A DNA stretch of 64,000 nucleotides from an uncultured Phycisphaerales bacterium (GCA_963758525.1 CAVWVQ010000003.1:2528001-2592000), one strand, 5' to 3'. Shown: positions 20,614 to 32,091, counted from the first letter of the stretch. Notes: generated by a model from the sequence alone, not told the origin. Made by a program: numbers and translations.

Positions 20614-20795
20614 TCGAGAGCAGTTGAAGGCATCTGTATCGCAGCAACCCCCGGATTCGAGTGGGTTGTGGAGCTTCGAGCGCCCTGCCCCCTCTCCCGG
20701 TAGTCCGAGAGAGGGAGTCATGAGAGGAATCAAGACTCTTCCGGAGCTCCGGTTCGGCGCCGGAATAGCCATGCGGCCCTGCCGGTTCTCAACGT

Positions 20796-22598
20796 ATGCG
20801 ATTGCTTCTGTCGAGCCTGTTTTCCTGTGCCGTTGCGGCGCTGCTGATCTCTCCCGCCTGTTCCAACGCGGCGCCTGAGACAAATCCATCGCCCCCAGAT
20901 TCGATCTCCTGGCAGCCCTGGTCAGAAGATGTCTTCGCCCGGGCAAAGAAGGAGAACAAATTTGTTCTTCTGGATCTCGAAGCGGTCTGGTGTCACTGGT
21001 GCCATGTGCAGGACGAAGTCACCTATCATGATGCGAAGGTGATCGACTTGATCGACTCCAAATACATCGCGGTGAAAGTGGATCAGGATTCCCGGCCGGA
21101 TATTTCCAATCGCTATGAAGACTACGGCTGGCCCGCGACGATTGTCTTCAACGCGGATCGAGGGGAGATCGTCAAACGCAGCGGGTATCTTCCGCCAAAA
21201 CAGATGGCGTCGATGCTGCAGGCGATTATCGATGACCCCACGCCCGGGCCATCGGTCGGGCCTGCGACGCAAATGATCTACGGCAATAAGACGTCGCTGC
21301 CAGTTGATCTCCAAAAGCAGCTCGATGCGAAGCTGCTCGCGTACTACGACCCGCAACTCGGCGGCTGGGGCAAGATTCACAAGTACGTCGATTGGGACAA
21401 GATGGAATATGAGATGTCGCGGTTCCGCGCCGGCGATCGAGCCGCCGGCGACCGCACGACACAAACGCTCACGGCAGGACTCAAGCTGATCGATCCGGTA
21501 TGGGGCGGCGTCTATCAATATTCCATTGACGGAGATTGGGATCACGCTCACTTCGAGAAGCTCATGCAGTTCCAGGGCGAGCAGATGCGAATCTACTCCA
21601 TGGCCTATCTCACCTTTCACGACCCGGCGTATCTGAAAGCGGCTAACGACATTCATCGTTACATCAATCAATTTCTCCGCTCCCCCGAGGGGGCATACGA
21701 AGTAAGTCAGGACGCGGACGTGGTCGATGGAACGTATGCAGAGGCGTACTTCAAGCTGGATGATGCGCAGCGGCGCAGGCAGGGTATTCCCCGCGTCGAT
21801 GCGCATCAATACGCGCGCGAAAACGGCTGGGCGATCAGCGGGCTGGTAAGCCTCTACGAAGCCGGCGGCGATGCATCCGCGCTCGACGATGCAAGAACCG
21901 CGGCGCAATGGGTGCTGGCGCATTGCGCGCTCGCTGACGGCGGCTTCCGTCACGGGCAAGTCGATCCCGCGGGCCCATATCTCGGCGACACGCTGTTTAT
22001 CGGCCGGGCGTTTCTCCGGCTCTACGAGGCAACGGCCGACCGCGCCTGGCTGACGCATGCCGCACAGGCGGCTGATTTCATCGGTTCCCATTTCACTGGC
22101 GGCCTTCCCGCTGGCTTTGCCACCGTCGCCAGTTCGACAGGCACCGGCTTTGCCCGCCAGCCGGAGTTGGCGGAGAACGCCGTTGCCGCGCGGTTCTTCA
22201 ATCTCCTGGCGTATTACACCGGCAAGGATGAGCACCGCAAGTTGGCAGAACGCGCGATGCGGTTCATCGCCACGCCGCAGGTCGCCAGCGCACCGGACGC
22301 TCCCGTCGCGGCGATACTGCTTGCGGATCATGAATCGGCTTCGCCGCCGCTGCATCTGACGATCGTCGGTCCAAAACAGTCGCCCGACGCCCGCGCGCTT
22401 TTTGTCGAGGCGTTGCGCACACCGACGTGGTACAAGCGGGTGGAATGGCGGGATGACCGCGAAGGGCCGCTGCCCAATCCCGACGTGGAGTACCCCGCGC
22501 TCAATTTCGCCGCCGCGTTCCTCTGCGCCGGCAATGCCTGCTCTTCTCCGGCAAAAACGCCCCAGGCGCTGGCCGCCAATTTGGCGAAAGCTCACTGA
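20796..22598 (+). CDS. exported DUF255/YyaL thioredoxin-domain protein
   Basis: Signal/lipoprotein peptide, WCHWCH, GWPAT, GG.YQYSID.DW..AHFEK. Confidence 0.88.
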   Translation: MRLLLSSLFSCAVAALLISPACSNAAPETNPSPPDSISWQPWSEDVFARAKKENKFVLLDLEAVWCHWCHVQDEVTYHDAKVIDLIDSKYIAVKVDQDSRPDISNRYEDYGWPATIVFNADRGEIVKRSGYLPPKQMASMLQAIIDDPTPGPSVGPATQMIYGNKTSLPVDLQKQLDAKLLAYYDPQLGGWGKIHKYVDWDKMEYEMSRFRAGDRAAGDRTTQTLTAGLKLIDPVWGGVYQYSIDGDWDHAHFEKLMQFQGEQMRIYSMAYLTFHDPAYLKAANDIHRYINQFLRSPEGAYEVSQDADVVDGTYAEAYFKLDDAQRRRQGIPRVDAHQYARENGWAISGLVSLYEAGGDASALDDARTAAQWVLAHCALADGGFRHGQVDPAGPYLGDTLFIGRAFLRLYEATADRAWLTHAAQAADFIGSHFTGGLPAGFATVASSTGTGFARQPELAENAVAARFFNLLAYYTGKDEHRKLAERAMRFIATPQVASAPDAPVAAILLADHESASPPLHLTIVGPKQSPDARALFVEALRTPTWYKRVEWRDDREGPLPNPDVEYPALNFAAAFLCAGNACSSPAKTPQALAANLAKAH

Positions 22599-22942
22599 CT
22601 CCCGGAATGCGCGCATGCCGGGCCAGCCGGGCGTGCCTAAAAATCCGGGAGATGAGTCCTGCTTTGTCCCGGCGTGATTGGTGGGTTGGTGTGTATCGCC
22701 CGCACGCCGGGGCAGAGCGTAGTCGCGCCGCCCCGGATTCTGCCGGGGAGCGGGGAAAATAATGCTTCCCTAAATTCCGGGCCCATCCAACTCTGACGGA
22801 CGACTTTCTGATGGCACGAAGTTGAATGCTCCGTTAGGTTAGCGAGCTCAGCGGACGCGACCGCGGCAGTCACCCCTGCCGCAATCACGCTGCGACTGCT
22901 TCGTTTCCCGAAGCGTGGGCGCGCAGCGAAGGAGCGATAGGC

Positions 22943-24612
22943 ATGCCTGATGGTGGCATTTGCGTTCTTCTGGTGGAGCGGAATCCAGACCAGGTGAAAA
23001 GTGTGAAGGAGATGCTCTCCTCCGTCGCACGGTCCCGGTTTGAAATCAGCGCCTGTCCGGATGTCGACCGTGCCGTCGAATTCCTCGGCGGGCATCCTTG
23101 CGACGTTGCATTGCTGCACATTGACGTCTGCTCCATCCCGCCCGGCGACGCACTGCAGCGATTGGCCCGCGCTTGCCCGGGAATTCAGGTCGTTCTGTTA
23201 TGTCCCACGGACGTTGATCCTCGCGGCGACGCGCTGCTGCAGAACGGAGCGCACGATTACCTGGGAACGGAGAATCTCGACCGGCACACACTGGCGCTGG
23301 CGCTGCGCCACGCCGCGGATCACCGCCGCAGCGAGGCGGAACTTCGCCGCGAACGCGATCTGCTGCGCACGCTGATCGACAATCTGCCCGATCACATTTA
23401 CGTCAAGGACGTGGGGAGCGGCTTTCTCCTTAACAATAGTTCGCATCTCAAACACCTGGGAGTTTCATCGCAGGAGCAAGTCACGGGAAAGACTGACCTG
23501 GACGTCTATCCGCCAGACGTTGGCGACCCGTTTTTTGCCGAAGAGCGGGAGATTATTCGCACCGGCGAACCGTTGATCAGCCGGGAGGAACGCAACGTCG
23601 ACGCGTCGGGAAATGAGCACTGGGTCAGTTCGACCAAGGTTCCCTGGCGCGACGAATCGGGCCGCATCCTGGGGATCGTGGGCATGAGCCGGGACATCAC
23701 CCGCCGCAAGCAGAACGAGCAGCGGCTCCGCGAGCAGAACATGCGGCTCGAGGAGTTTGCCCGCAGCGAGCATGCCGCGTTGGAACAACTGAAGGAGGCC
23801 CAGAGTCATCTCGTGCAGTCGGAAAAGCTGGCGGGGCTGGGTCAGATGGTCGCCGGCGTGGCCCATGAGATGAATAATCCGCTTGCATTTGTCGGCAACA
23901 ACCTGGCGGTAGTGCAGCGCGACCTGGCCGCGATCTTCAACCTGCTCCGCATCTACCGCGAGGCGAATGACACGCTCGCGGTTCACCAGCCGGAACTGAT
24001 GCGGCAGGTCGCGGAGTTGGATCAGCGGATCGACGTCGATTACACCGTGACGAGCCTGCAGGACCTCATGGCCCGCTCGCGCGACGGCATTGTCCGCATC
24101 CGTCAGATCGTTCGCGATCTGTGCGACTTCGCGCGGCTCGACACCGGTGATCTGGCGGATGCGGATATCAACGCCGGCATTCGCTCAACACTCAACATCG
24201 TCGCCGGAGCGGCCAAGAACAAGGATGTTGCGGTCGAAGTCCATCTGGAGCCGGTTCCGCTGGTGGCATGTTATCCGGCCAAGATCAATCAGGTGGTGAT
24301 GAATCTGCTGTCCAATGCGATCGACGCCTGCGGCAGCGGCGCGAAAGTGATCATCCGTACCGAACGGCTGCCTGGATGCGTGCAGATCGTTGTCGCCGAC
24401 ACCGGCACGGGCATCGATCCGGCGATTCGCGAGCGCGTCTTTGATCCGTTCTTCACGACCAAACCCCCCGGCAAGGGGACGGGGTTGGGACTGAGCATTG
24501 CCTACGGCATCGTCCGGCGCACGGGGGGGAGATCAAGTTCGATTCTGCGCCGGGAAAAGGGACTGTCTTTACGGTAAAACTCCCGCTTCGTTCCGAGCCG
24601 ATCACCTCCTGA
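22943..24612 (+). CDS. cytoplasmic REC-PAS histidine kinase; one base missing at ~24517
   Basis: PAS/PAC, H-box [38 protein letters not shown]; shifted frame gives [22 protein letters not shown]. Confidence 0.9.
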
Positions 24613-24643
24613 TTGCCGGGCGTCTCACTCTTACGGAGAATTT

Positions 24644-25903
24644 GTGGTGTGCAAAGGATTGCTTCGATGGAGTTCTCTCGTCTGGATCTGGGCGTCGTTG
24701 ACTGCATGCCGCACGACGGCTCCGGTAGCGCAGGAAAAGAAGATCGACTACACGGCGCCGCTTCCGGAGGGAGAAGTGGCGCTGCGGAAGATCGGGCCCG
24801 ATCAATATCCGGATTTTGCCGCCGCCCTGCATTCAATGAATCTCGACGATCTGCGGCACGCCGTCGATCACAGCCTCGAATATTTCGCCCGGCCCGGCAG
24901 CGCCCGCGGCTACCCGTATCTGGACATCTCTCACGAACGAGCAGTCGCAAGTCTCCACGCCTTTCGAACCATGCTCGACCAGCTTCCGCCACCGGCCCAG
25001 TTCGATGCTGCGATCGCCAGGATGTTCGACGTCTACCAAAGCATCGGCGCACCCAGTCCCGACGGCTCGGGATATACCAACCGCGTCCTCTTTACCGGCT
25101 ATTTCACCCCGACCTATGACGCGAGCCTGACACGCGGCGGACCGTACCAATGGCCGCTCTATAAACGCCCGGCAGACCTTGTCACTGATGCCACCGGCGA
25201 ACACGAGGGCCGTCGCGCCACCGATGGTTCGATGGCGCCGTATCTCACCCGCCAGCAGATTGAGAGCGGCGCGTTAGCCGGCTCCGAGCTGGTCTGGCTG
25301 ACCAGCCGATGGAATGCCTATGTCATCACCGTGCAGGGCTCGGGCCGCTTGAAGCTGCCGGATGGGACGATCTACGAAGTCGGATACTCGGGAACCAACG
25401 GCTACGACTACACCAGCCCCGGCGCACACATGGTCGCCGACGGCCTGATCTCGCGGGAGCAGCTTAGCTTCCGCGCTCTCCAGCAATATTTTGATGCGCA
25501 CCCCGATGCGATGGATAGATATCTGTGGCTGAATCAACGCACCGTCTTTTTCACCGAACGTTCCGGCGGGCCTTTCGGCGCGCTCAACGTGCCCGTGACG
25601 CGGTTCGCGTCGATTGCCACCGACAAGCACGTTTACCCGGCGGGCCTGGTGGCGTTCCTCTCCGTTCCCATCCCTGCGGATGCTCCTTCTCCAGCCGGCA
25701 GCACTGCTCTGACCACGCATCAGTTCAACGGATTCCTTCTCGATCAGGATCGCGGCGGAGCCATTCGCTCGGCCGGCCGATGCGATATCTACATGGGCAT
25801 CGGCCAACAGGCGGAAGAGACGTCGGGATACCAACTGAATCCCGGCACCCTGTATTACCTGGCGGTGAAGGCCGAGGGGGACGCCGCACGAAAATCGGAA
25901 TGA
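24644..25903 (+). CDS. mltA: membrane-bound lytic transglycosylase A (MltA plus 3D domain)
   Basis: Lipobox LTAC, FTGYFTP, VQGSGR, SIATD, QDRGGAI...RCDIYMG. Confidence 0.9.
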   Translation: MVCKGLLRWSSLVWIWASLTACRTTAPVAQEKKIDYTAPLPEGEVALRKIGPDQYPDFAAALHSMNLDDLRHAVDHSLEYFARPGSARGYPYLDISHERAVASLHAFRTMLDQLPPPAQFDAAIARMFDVYQSIGAPSPDGSGYTNRVLFTGYFTPTYDASLTRGGPYQWPLYKRPADLVTDATGEHEGRRATDGSMAPYLTRQQIESGALAGSELVWLTSRWNAYVITVQGSGRLKLPDGTIYEVGYSGTNGYDYTSPGAHMVADGLISREQLSFRALQQYFDAHPDAMDRYLWLNQRTVFFTERSGGPFGALNVPVTRFASIATDKHVYPAGLVAFLSVPIPADAPSPAGSTALTTHQFNGFLLDQDRGGAIRSAGRCDIYMGIGQQAEETSGYQLNPGTLYYLAVKAEGDAARKSE

Positions 25904-25993
25904 CGCGGTGATTCCGATGCGGAGTCCCCGAGAAGGAACGCCGTTGCGCCGAAAATCGAATGGCGAATTCAATCATTCATCATTCGGATTTGA

Positions 25994-26854
25994 TTATTTG
26001 ATTCTGGTTTCTGGTTTCGTCATTCGAACTTCCCCTCTGTCTTCGTCCCCCGACAATTGCGGCCCGCGCCGGCTCAATGCCCGGTCCGTCAGCCGGGGCA
26101 GCAGGGCGGCAAGGCCCAGGCCCAGGCGGGCGAGACGGAAGGGCCACACTTCGGGCTTGGGATGCTCGATGGCCTTGCGCATCGCGACGGCAACCTGCTC
26201 GGCGGTCTGCACGATTTCCCCGGGAATTTTCGTCGATCGGCGGCCGCTGAGCTGCGCGGAGACGTCGCCGAACTCAGTCGACGTGCCGATGGGATGGACG
26301 CTGGTGACGGCGATCTTCTTGTTCTTAAGCTCCACGCGCAACGCCTCGGCCAGCGACAACTGGGCGGCCTTGGTGGCGCTGTAGGCGCCGAAGAACGGAA
26401 TTGCCCGGCGCGCGACCGCGGACGACACGATCATCAACTGCCCGCGCCAGCCGTCGCGAGGCTCCTGGCGCTTCATGATCGGAACGGCAGCGTAAATGCA
26501 ATCGGTGGTGCCGAAGACGTTTGTTTGAAAGAGCTCGCGCATGCGATCCGGCGGCGTCTGCGCCACCGTGGAAAGAAAGCCATAGCCCGCGTTGCAGACG
26601 AGCGTGTCAATCCGGCCGAAATGCTCGACGGACTCCCGCACCAGCCGTTCGCAGTCCTCCGCGACAGCGACGTCGGCGCGGATCACCAGTTGTCCGCCCC
26701 CCAATTCCTTGTTCAATTCCTCCAGCCGATCGAGACGACGGGCGGTCAGCACGAGCCGCGCGCCCAGCGGCGAAAGATCGCGCGCCAAGGCCCGTCCGAT
26801 GCCGGCGCTGGCGCCGGTGATCACCACCACCATCCCATCAAGCGATCGATGCAT
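25994..26854 (-). CDS. SDR family oxidoreductase
   Basis: TGASAGIG, NAG, YSATK. Confidence 0.92.
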   Translation of the reverse strand: MHRSLDGMVVVITGASAGIGRALARDLSPLGARLVLTARRLDRLEELNKELGGGQLVIRADVAVAEDCERLVRESVEHFGRIDTLVCNAGYGFLSTVAQTPPDRMRELFQTNVFGTTDCIYAAVPIMKRQEPRDGWRGQLMIVSSAVARRAIPFFGAYSATKAAQLSLAEALRVELKNKKIAVTSVHPIGTSTEFGDVSAQLSGRRSTKIPGEIVQTAEQVAVAMRKAIEHPKPEVWPFRLARLGLGLAALLPRLTDRALSRRGPQLSGDEDRGEVRMTKPETRIK

Positions 26855-27029
26855 ATCGAATCGCCCTTGTACCCGCGACTCGCCCGGGATGCGAACCTCG
26901 CAAATTCCGGTGGGCCGTACATGACCGAGTTTTGGCGCACCCCGACGCTGTCACTGCCGCTCGATTCGCTGGCAGGTGCGCGGGCTCGCTGATATGGTGC
27001 AGATCGCGCTAACTTGCAAAGGAGCCTCG

Positions 27030-28237
27030 GTGCATTTTGTCAATCCGAACTACCACGTCATCCTGATTCACTATCCGCTGGGCGTCTTCATGCTCGGCCT
27101 GGCGATCGAAGTGTTCAGCTTCCTCTGGAAAAACAGCAGCGTCCGCGTCGCGGCCCGCTGGATGATCCTGCTGGGAGGGTTGTCGACGCTCCCGGCGGCG
27201 ACCAGCGGGATTTACGCCCTCTCGGACGCGATCAACGGGCAGCACTGGACCGCGCGCGGCGAACACATGATGCGGATGCACGTCTGGCTGCAGGGAATCG
27301 CGACGCTTCTGGCCACGTTTGCCGCGGTCTTCGCACTGGCGGCGTCCGATGGCTGGCGGCGTCGATTTCACTACATCGCGCTGGGCGTCTTCGCGGCGTG
27401 CGGCGGGCTGATGGTGGTCGGCTCGTGGTTTGGAGGCGAGTCTGTGTACACGCAGGGCGTTTCCGTGCGCGAGGGTGCCGAATCCGAAGCCGCCGACACC
27501 CAGCCGGTGAGCGCCACGAAACGAACTTTGCCGGAGACGATCATTTTCTACGTCGGTGAGCCCGAGCAAATGCACATGATTGGCGCCGGCGTGATGTTTG
27601 CGTTCGCGATGGCGGCGCTGGGACTGTCCGTCCGGAAGATCACGGCCGAGTATCCTGATTCGGTTCACCTTCCGCTGATGCCCGAAACGTCGTCTTCGGA
27701 TAACGCGGAAACGATGCCGCTGATCGGAGAACATTCGCGCGTGGATTCGCCGCAGCCGCAGTTCGCGCCGCCCGGCGAACTTCCCGAAGAGCTGCTCGTG
27801 CCGGCCGGCAGATTCTGGCTGGTCGCGACGCTGCTGACGCTGTTTACCGCCGCCGGCGGCTACTGGATTTGGGCCAATCAAAGTTCGGATTGGCAATTCC
27901 ACCGCTTCTGGAACGACGTGATGGCGAGCAAAGGGCAACTCAAATTTGATCGCTCCGCCGTGCACGTTTGGGTGGGCGTGAGCCTGATCGTGCTGACGTT
28001 GCTGCTGGCTGCACTCTCGCGATGGGCGCCCGGCAAAAGAGCGTCCTGGCAGTCTTTGCCGTGTTGCTGGTGCTTGCGATTGCCGCCCAGGTGTTTCTCG
28101 GCGTGCTGCTGCAGTTCGACGGCGGCAACGGGCCGCTGTATCGGTTTTCGAATGCAACCGACAAGGATTCGGCCATGGTGATGCCGGATCGTGACACCGC
28201 TCAGAGCGGCTCGACTTTTTCCAAGTCCAGCCTGTAG
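27030..28237 (+). CDS. DUF2231-like membrane protein with conserved His; one base missing at ~28038
   Basis: NYHVILIHYPLG, GGESVY.QG; RBS AAGGAG before GTG; last TM in the -1 frame. Confidence 0.7.
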
Positions 28238-28725
28238 ACAGAAATGACGGTGCCTGCCTCTCTCTCCACGTTGACGTGCAGAATTCCCTGAATGCGCACC
28301 ATGTCGTCGCAATACGGAACGTCGCCATTGGGCACGTTTACAACCACGCGTTCCTGCACCAGCGGAGACCCGCCGAAACAGCAGATCGTGCGATTATAGA
28401 CAAACTCAAAGCTGCTCACATGGCCGGCACTATTTCCAGCGTACATGAACCCGGTCAGCACCACCCTCTTCCCGTCCAGGTCGCGGTAGCGAGCCGGAAC
28501 GTCGCCGAGCGTTCCATAGTTCGTATCGAAATGAAAGTACCCGAGCCTCTGGAGATTCACGTCGGCGTAAGTGGGATGCTGTTCGATCCCTCCGGTTAAG
28601 CTCTCATTTACAAAGACGGATGCCAGCCAGAGAAGCGGAACGGAAACGATCGCCAGAAATATCGCCACCCGCGCTGTGATAGCGCCTCGACGTGGCGATC
28701 TTCTCCGGCAATTCGAACTGCCCAT
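28201..28725 (-). CDS. DUF3299-like protein, paralog 3 (membrane-anchored)
   Basis: LDGKRVVLTGFM, CCFGGSP, V.I.G.L.V, VY.L. Confidence 0.75.
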   Translation of the reverse strand: MGSSNCRRRSPRRGAITARVAIFLAIVSVPLLWLASVFVNESLTGGIEQHPTYADVNLQRLGYFHFDTNYGTLGDVPARYRDLDGKRVVLTGFMYAGNSAGHVSSFEFVYNRTICCFGGSPLVQERVVVNVPNGDVPYCDDMVRIQGILHVNVEREAGTVISVYRLDLEKVEPL

Positions 28726-28756
28726 GAATGCCTCCCGCCGTCCTGCACCCGCCGGT

Positions 28757-29287
28757 TCAAGTGGAGGGATTGACCTGCTCCAGATCGAGGGTGTAAACCG
28801 ATTTGATGATTCCCGCTTCCTTCGCGACCTTCACGTGCAGCGTTCCCACCACGCGAACCAGATCCGAGTAATACGGCACCGCGCCCTTCGGCGCATTGAC
28901 AAAAACCCGTTCCTGCACCAGCGGCGGCCCGTTAAAACAGCACTTGCTGATGTTATAGACAAACTGGAAATCACTCACCTGATAGCCAGCGGCATTGGGC
29001 GCGTACATGAATCCTTCCAGCAGAACGCGCTTGCCGTCCAGATCGCGCCATCGCGAGGGAATGTCGGTCAGGGACCCGTTGCTGCCGTCCAGCGGAAAGT
29101 TACCGAGCGCCTTGAGATCGACCTCGGAGTAGTCGCCGTGCCGCTGAATTCCGCCGGTGAGTGTCTGGTTCACAAAAACGTAGGCAAACCAGCAGAATGG
29201 GAATGAGACAATCGCCAAAAAGATGATCAAGCGGGCGCTGATGGCGCCGCGTCGACGCGAATATAGTTGGGAACCTTCGCTATTCAT
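28757..29287 (-). CDS. DUF3299-like protein, paralog 2 (membrane-anchored)
   Basis: LDGKRVLLEGFM, CCFNGPP; closely similar to paralog 3. Confidence 0.78.
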   Translation of the reverse strand: MNSEGSQLYSRRRGAISARLIIFLAIVSFPFCWFAYVFVNQTLTGGIQRHGDYSEVDLKALGNFPLDGSNGSLTDIPSRWRDLDGKRVLLEGFMYAPNAAGYQVSDFQFVYNISKCCFNGPPLVQERVFVNAPKGAVPYYSDLVRVVGTLHVKVAKEAGIIKSVYTLDLEQVNPST

Positions 29288-29332
29288 GTTGTTTTCCGGG
29301 ACGAACCAAAAACCGCCTGCCCGGGTCACGTC

Positions 29333-30058
29333 TTACTTGGGAGCGGGGCGCACGCTCGTGCATTCCAGTTCGAAGATGCTGACGATAAAACCGTCGTCCT
29401 TCTTCTCTTCCACTTTGAGGTTTCCCTCGACGATGATTTCATCCTGATAATAGTTTACGGCTTTGCCCTTCGGGCAGTTCACCACCACAGTGTGCTGAAT
29501 CTGCGGCGGCTGGCCGAAACAGCAACTGAAGAGGCTCGGGACCAGGGCAAACTGAGAGATGTTTTCCGCCTGATCCATCGGAATCATGTAGCCGCGCAAA
29601 CGCAGCTTCGAGCCCGTCAGGGCCTTCACGTCGGCGGGAATGTTGCCGCCCTTTTCCTGGTCATAGTCGAAGTTGCCAAGCTCTTTGATCGCCAGTTCGA
29701 GAACCTGGCCCGGCGCCGGCACCTTGTGCGGCTTGCGTGTCTCGGCGGATGACGCAACCGTCGATTGCGCCGGTGCCAGGGCCGTCACTCCGTTGGCGAT
29801 GTTCTTTTCACAGACGCGAATCTCTTCCTGCAGCGAACCAACCCGTTGCGGATCGGTCGTTTGCGCCGCCGCCACCTGCTTCAGCAACGGGAGGGCGATC
29901 GTATATTGCCCCTCGTTGAAGGCGGCCGTCGCCCGCACGTCCAGGGGAATATTCGAACCCAACACCGCCCCGGCCGGCTGGGTCGTCTGCGCGATGGCAG
30001 CGCCGCAAGTCAACAACACTCCCGCCAAGGTTATCAAAACTCGATTTCGCATGAGCAT
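29333..30058 (-). CDS. DUF3299-like protein with signal peptide and TPR-like helices
   Basis: IP..VKAL.G..LRLRGYMIP, FALVP...CCFGQPP. Confidence 0.8.
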   Translation of the reverse strand: MLMRNRVLITLAGVLLTCGAAIAQTTQPAGAVLGSNIPLDVRATAAFNEGQYTIALPLLKQVAAAQTTDPQRVGSLQEEIRVCEKNIANGVTALAPAQSTVASSAETRKPHKVPAPGQVLELAIKELGNFDYDQEKGGNIPADVKALTGSKLRLRGYMIPMDQAENISQFALVPSLFSCCFGQPPQIQHTVVVNCPKGKAVNYYQDEIIVEGNLKVEEKKDDGFIVSIFELECTSVRPAPK

Positions 30059-30177
30059 CACCTTCGCTTCATCATCATACACTCCCATGCGTAACGAAGG
30101 TTTCGCGGGAAAGTGCAGGGGACCACCGATATTACCACTGCATCATCGGAATTGTTCATCAGCGCCATGCGGTTCGG

Positions 30178-32091
30178 CTATTTGCCGCGCGTAAAGTATT
30201 CCGCTTCAAGCGCTTCCAGCTTTTCAGAAAGTGTTTTGTACTGCTTTTGAAGTTTTTGACCACGCGACGGATTTTTCGCCGCCTCCGGGCCGCCGAATTG
30301 CCCCTGGCATTCCGCCAACGACGTTTCGGTCTCGGTAATCTGCTGTTCCAACTCTGCCACCGTCAGCTTGCCGAAGGGGCGCAGATAGGGATTGTCCTTC
30401 GCCGGCTCGCTCTTCTTCGGCTGGTTCTGCTGGTGCTGCTTCGGACGAGGGGCAACGCGAGCAGGCTGAGGCGCGGCCTCGACGACCGTGGCGCGATGCA
30501 CCCACTGCGTATAGTTGCCGGCAAAATCGCGCATGCCCGGCGGGTCGAGCACAAAGAGCCGCTGCGCGAACTTGTCGAGAAAAAATCGATCGTGACTGAC
30601 GCAGAAGACCGTTCCGGGGTAGTCCTTCAGCGCGGATTCCAGCGCCTCGCACGAGGGGATATCCAGATGATTCGTCGGCTCATCCAGCAGCAGCACGTTT
30701 GGCTGATCCAGCAGCAGTTGCGCCAGCCGCAGCCGCGCCCGCTCCCCGCCGCTGAGCAGGCCGACAAGCTTGTCGACGTCGTCGCCGCGAAACAGCATCA
30801 GTGCCAGCGCATCGCGAAGCTGCTTGTCGCTGACTCCCGAGCGGTCGATGGCAATCTCCTCCATCAGCGTGTTTTCAGGATCGAAGTCGTCCAGCTTTTG
30901 ATCGTAATATCCGATCGCCAGATTCGCGCCCCATTTGATGTCGCCGCCGTCGGCATCAGACTGGCCGATGAGTGTCGTGAAGAGCGTCGTTTTGCCCGAG
31001 CCATTGGGCCCGATGATCCCCACGCGCTCGCCCCGGCGAATATCGAACTGCAGGTCGAGCCAAAGCTGATTGGTTCCGAAGGATTTTGACAATTCGCGCA
31101 CTCTCAGCACCTGGTCCCCGGCGCGCTTATCCGTGTCAAGCGACAGATGAATCTTGCTGGTCGTCGCCACGGCCGAGATCATCTGATCGCTGACCAGCAG
31201 ACGATTCAGCCGCTTCTCACGCCCCTTGGCTTCCTTGCTGCGCTGGCCCGCGCCGAATCGGCGGACGAACTCTTTCTGCTTGTCAATATCCGCCTGCTGC
31301 TTGTCGTACGCCCGCTGCTGCGTCAGTTCCTGCATCGCGCGCTGCTCGACAAACGCGGAGTAATTGCCCGGATAACTGCGGATGCGCGACTCGGTAAGCC
31401 AGATGATCCGCGTCGCCAGCCGATCGAGCAGATACCGATCATGGCTGATGACCACCACCGCGCCGCTGAACGACGCGAGATATTTCTCCAGCCATTCGAT
31501 CGCCGCCAGATCGAGGTGATTCGTCGGCTCATCCAGCAGCAGCAAATCCGGCTCAGCAATCAGCAGCTTGGCCAGCGCCAATCGCGAGCGCTGCCCGCCC
31601 GACAGCGTCGGCACTCCCTGTTCCCATGTCTTTTCAACCAGCCCCACGCCCAGCAGCGTCGCCTCGAGTTTGTGCCGCCAGGCGTATCCGCCGCCGGTTT
31701 CAAAATCGTGTTGAACGTTCTGGTATTTTTCCAGGATTTTATCGAGCGCCTCCCCGGTCTGGACGGCCATCTCATGTTCCAGCCCCCGCATTTTGTGCGA
31801 GAGGTCATGGAGCTGCGAAAACGCCAGCTCCGCTTCGTCCATCACCGTGTTGGACTGATCGAAAACCGGATCCTGCGTGAGGTAGCCGACCTTGACGCTC
31901 TTGGCGACCGCCACGATCCCGGCGTCTGCCGTCACCTGCCCGACGAGCATCTTGAAGAGCGTGGTTTTCCCGCTGCCGTTGGCTCCGACAAACCCCAGCC
32001 GTTCGCCCCGCTCGACATTGAAGTCGAGTCCCTTAAAGAGGATACGGCTGCCAAGAGTCTTTTCGATCGCTTGTAAGGATGCGAGTGACAC
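30178..32091 (-). CDS. ABC-F family ATPase (Uup/YheS-like)
   Basis: Two ABC cassettes (GANGSGKTT, GPNGSGKTT; LDEPTNHLD twice), no TM, C-terminal coiled coil. Confidence 0.93.
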   Translation of the reverse strand: MSLASLQAIEKTLGSRILFKGLDFNVERGERLGFVGANGSGKTTLFKMLVGQVTADAGIVAVAKSVKVGYLTQDPVFDQSNTVMDEAELAFSQLHDLSHKMRGLEHEMAVQTGEALDKILEKYQNVQHDFETGGGYAWRHKLEATLLGVGLVEKTWEQGVPTLSGGQRSRLALAKLLIAEPDLLLLDEPTNHLDLAAIEWLEKYLASFSGAVVVISHDRYLLDRLATRIIWLTESRIRSYPGNYSAFVEQRAMQELTQQRAYDKQQADIDKQKEFVRRFGAGQRSKEAKGREKRLNRLLVSDQMISAVATTSKIHLSLDTDKRAGDQVLRVRELSKSFGTNQLWLDLQFDIRRGERVGIIGPNGSGKTTLFTTLIGQSDADGGDIKWGANLAIGYYDQKLDDFDPENTLMEEIAIDRSGVSDKQLRDALALMLFRGDDVDKLVGLLSGGERARLRLAQLLLDQPNVLLLDEPTNHLDIPSCEALESALKDYPGTVFCVSHDRFFLDKFAQRLFVLDPPGMRDFAGNYTQWVHRATVVEAAPQPARVAPRPKQHQQNQPKKSEPAKDNPYLRPFGKLTVAELEQQITETETSLAECQGQFGGPEAAKNPSRGQKLQKQYKTLSEKLEALEAEYFTRGK

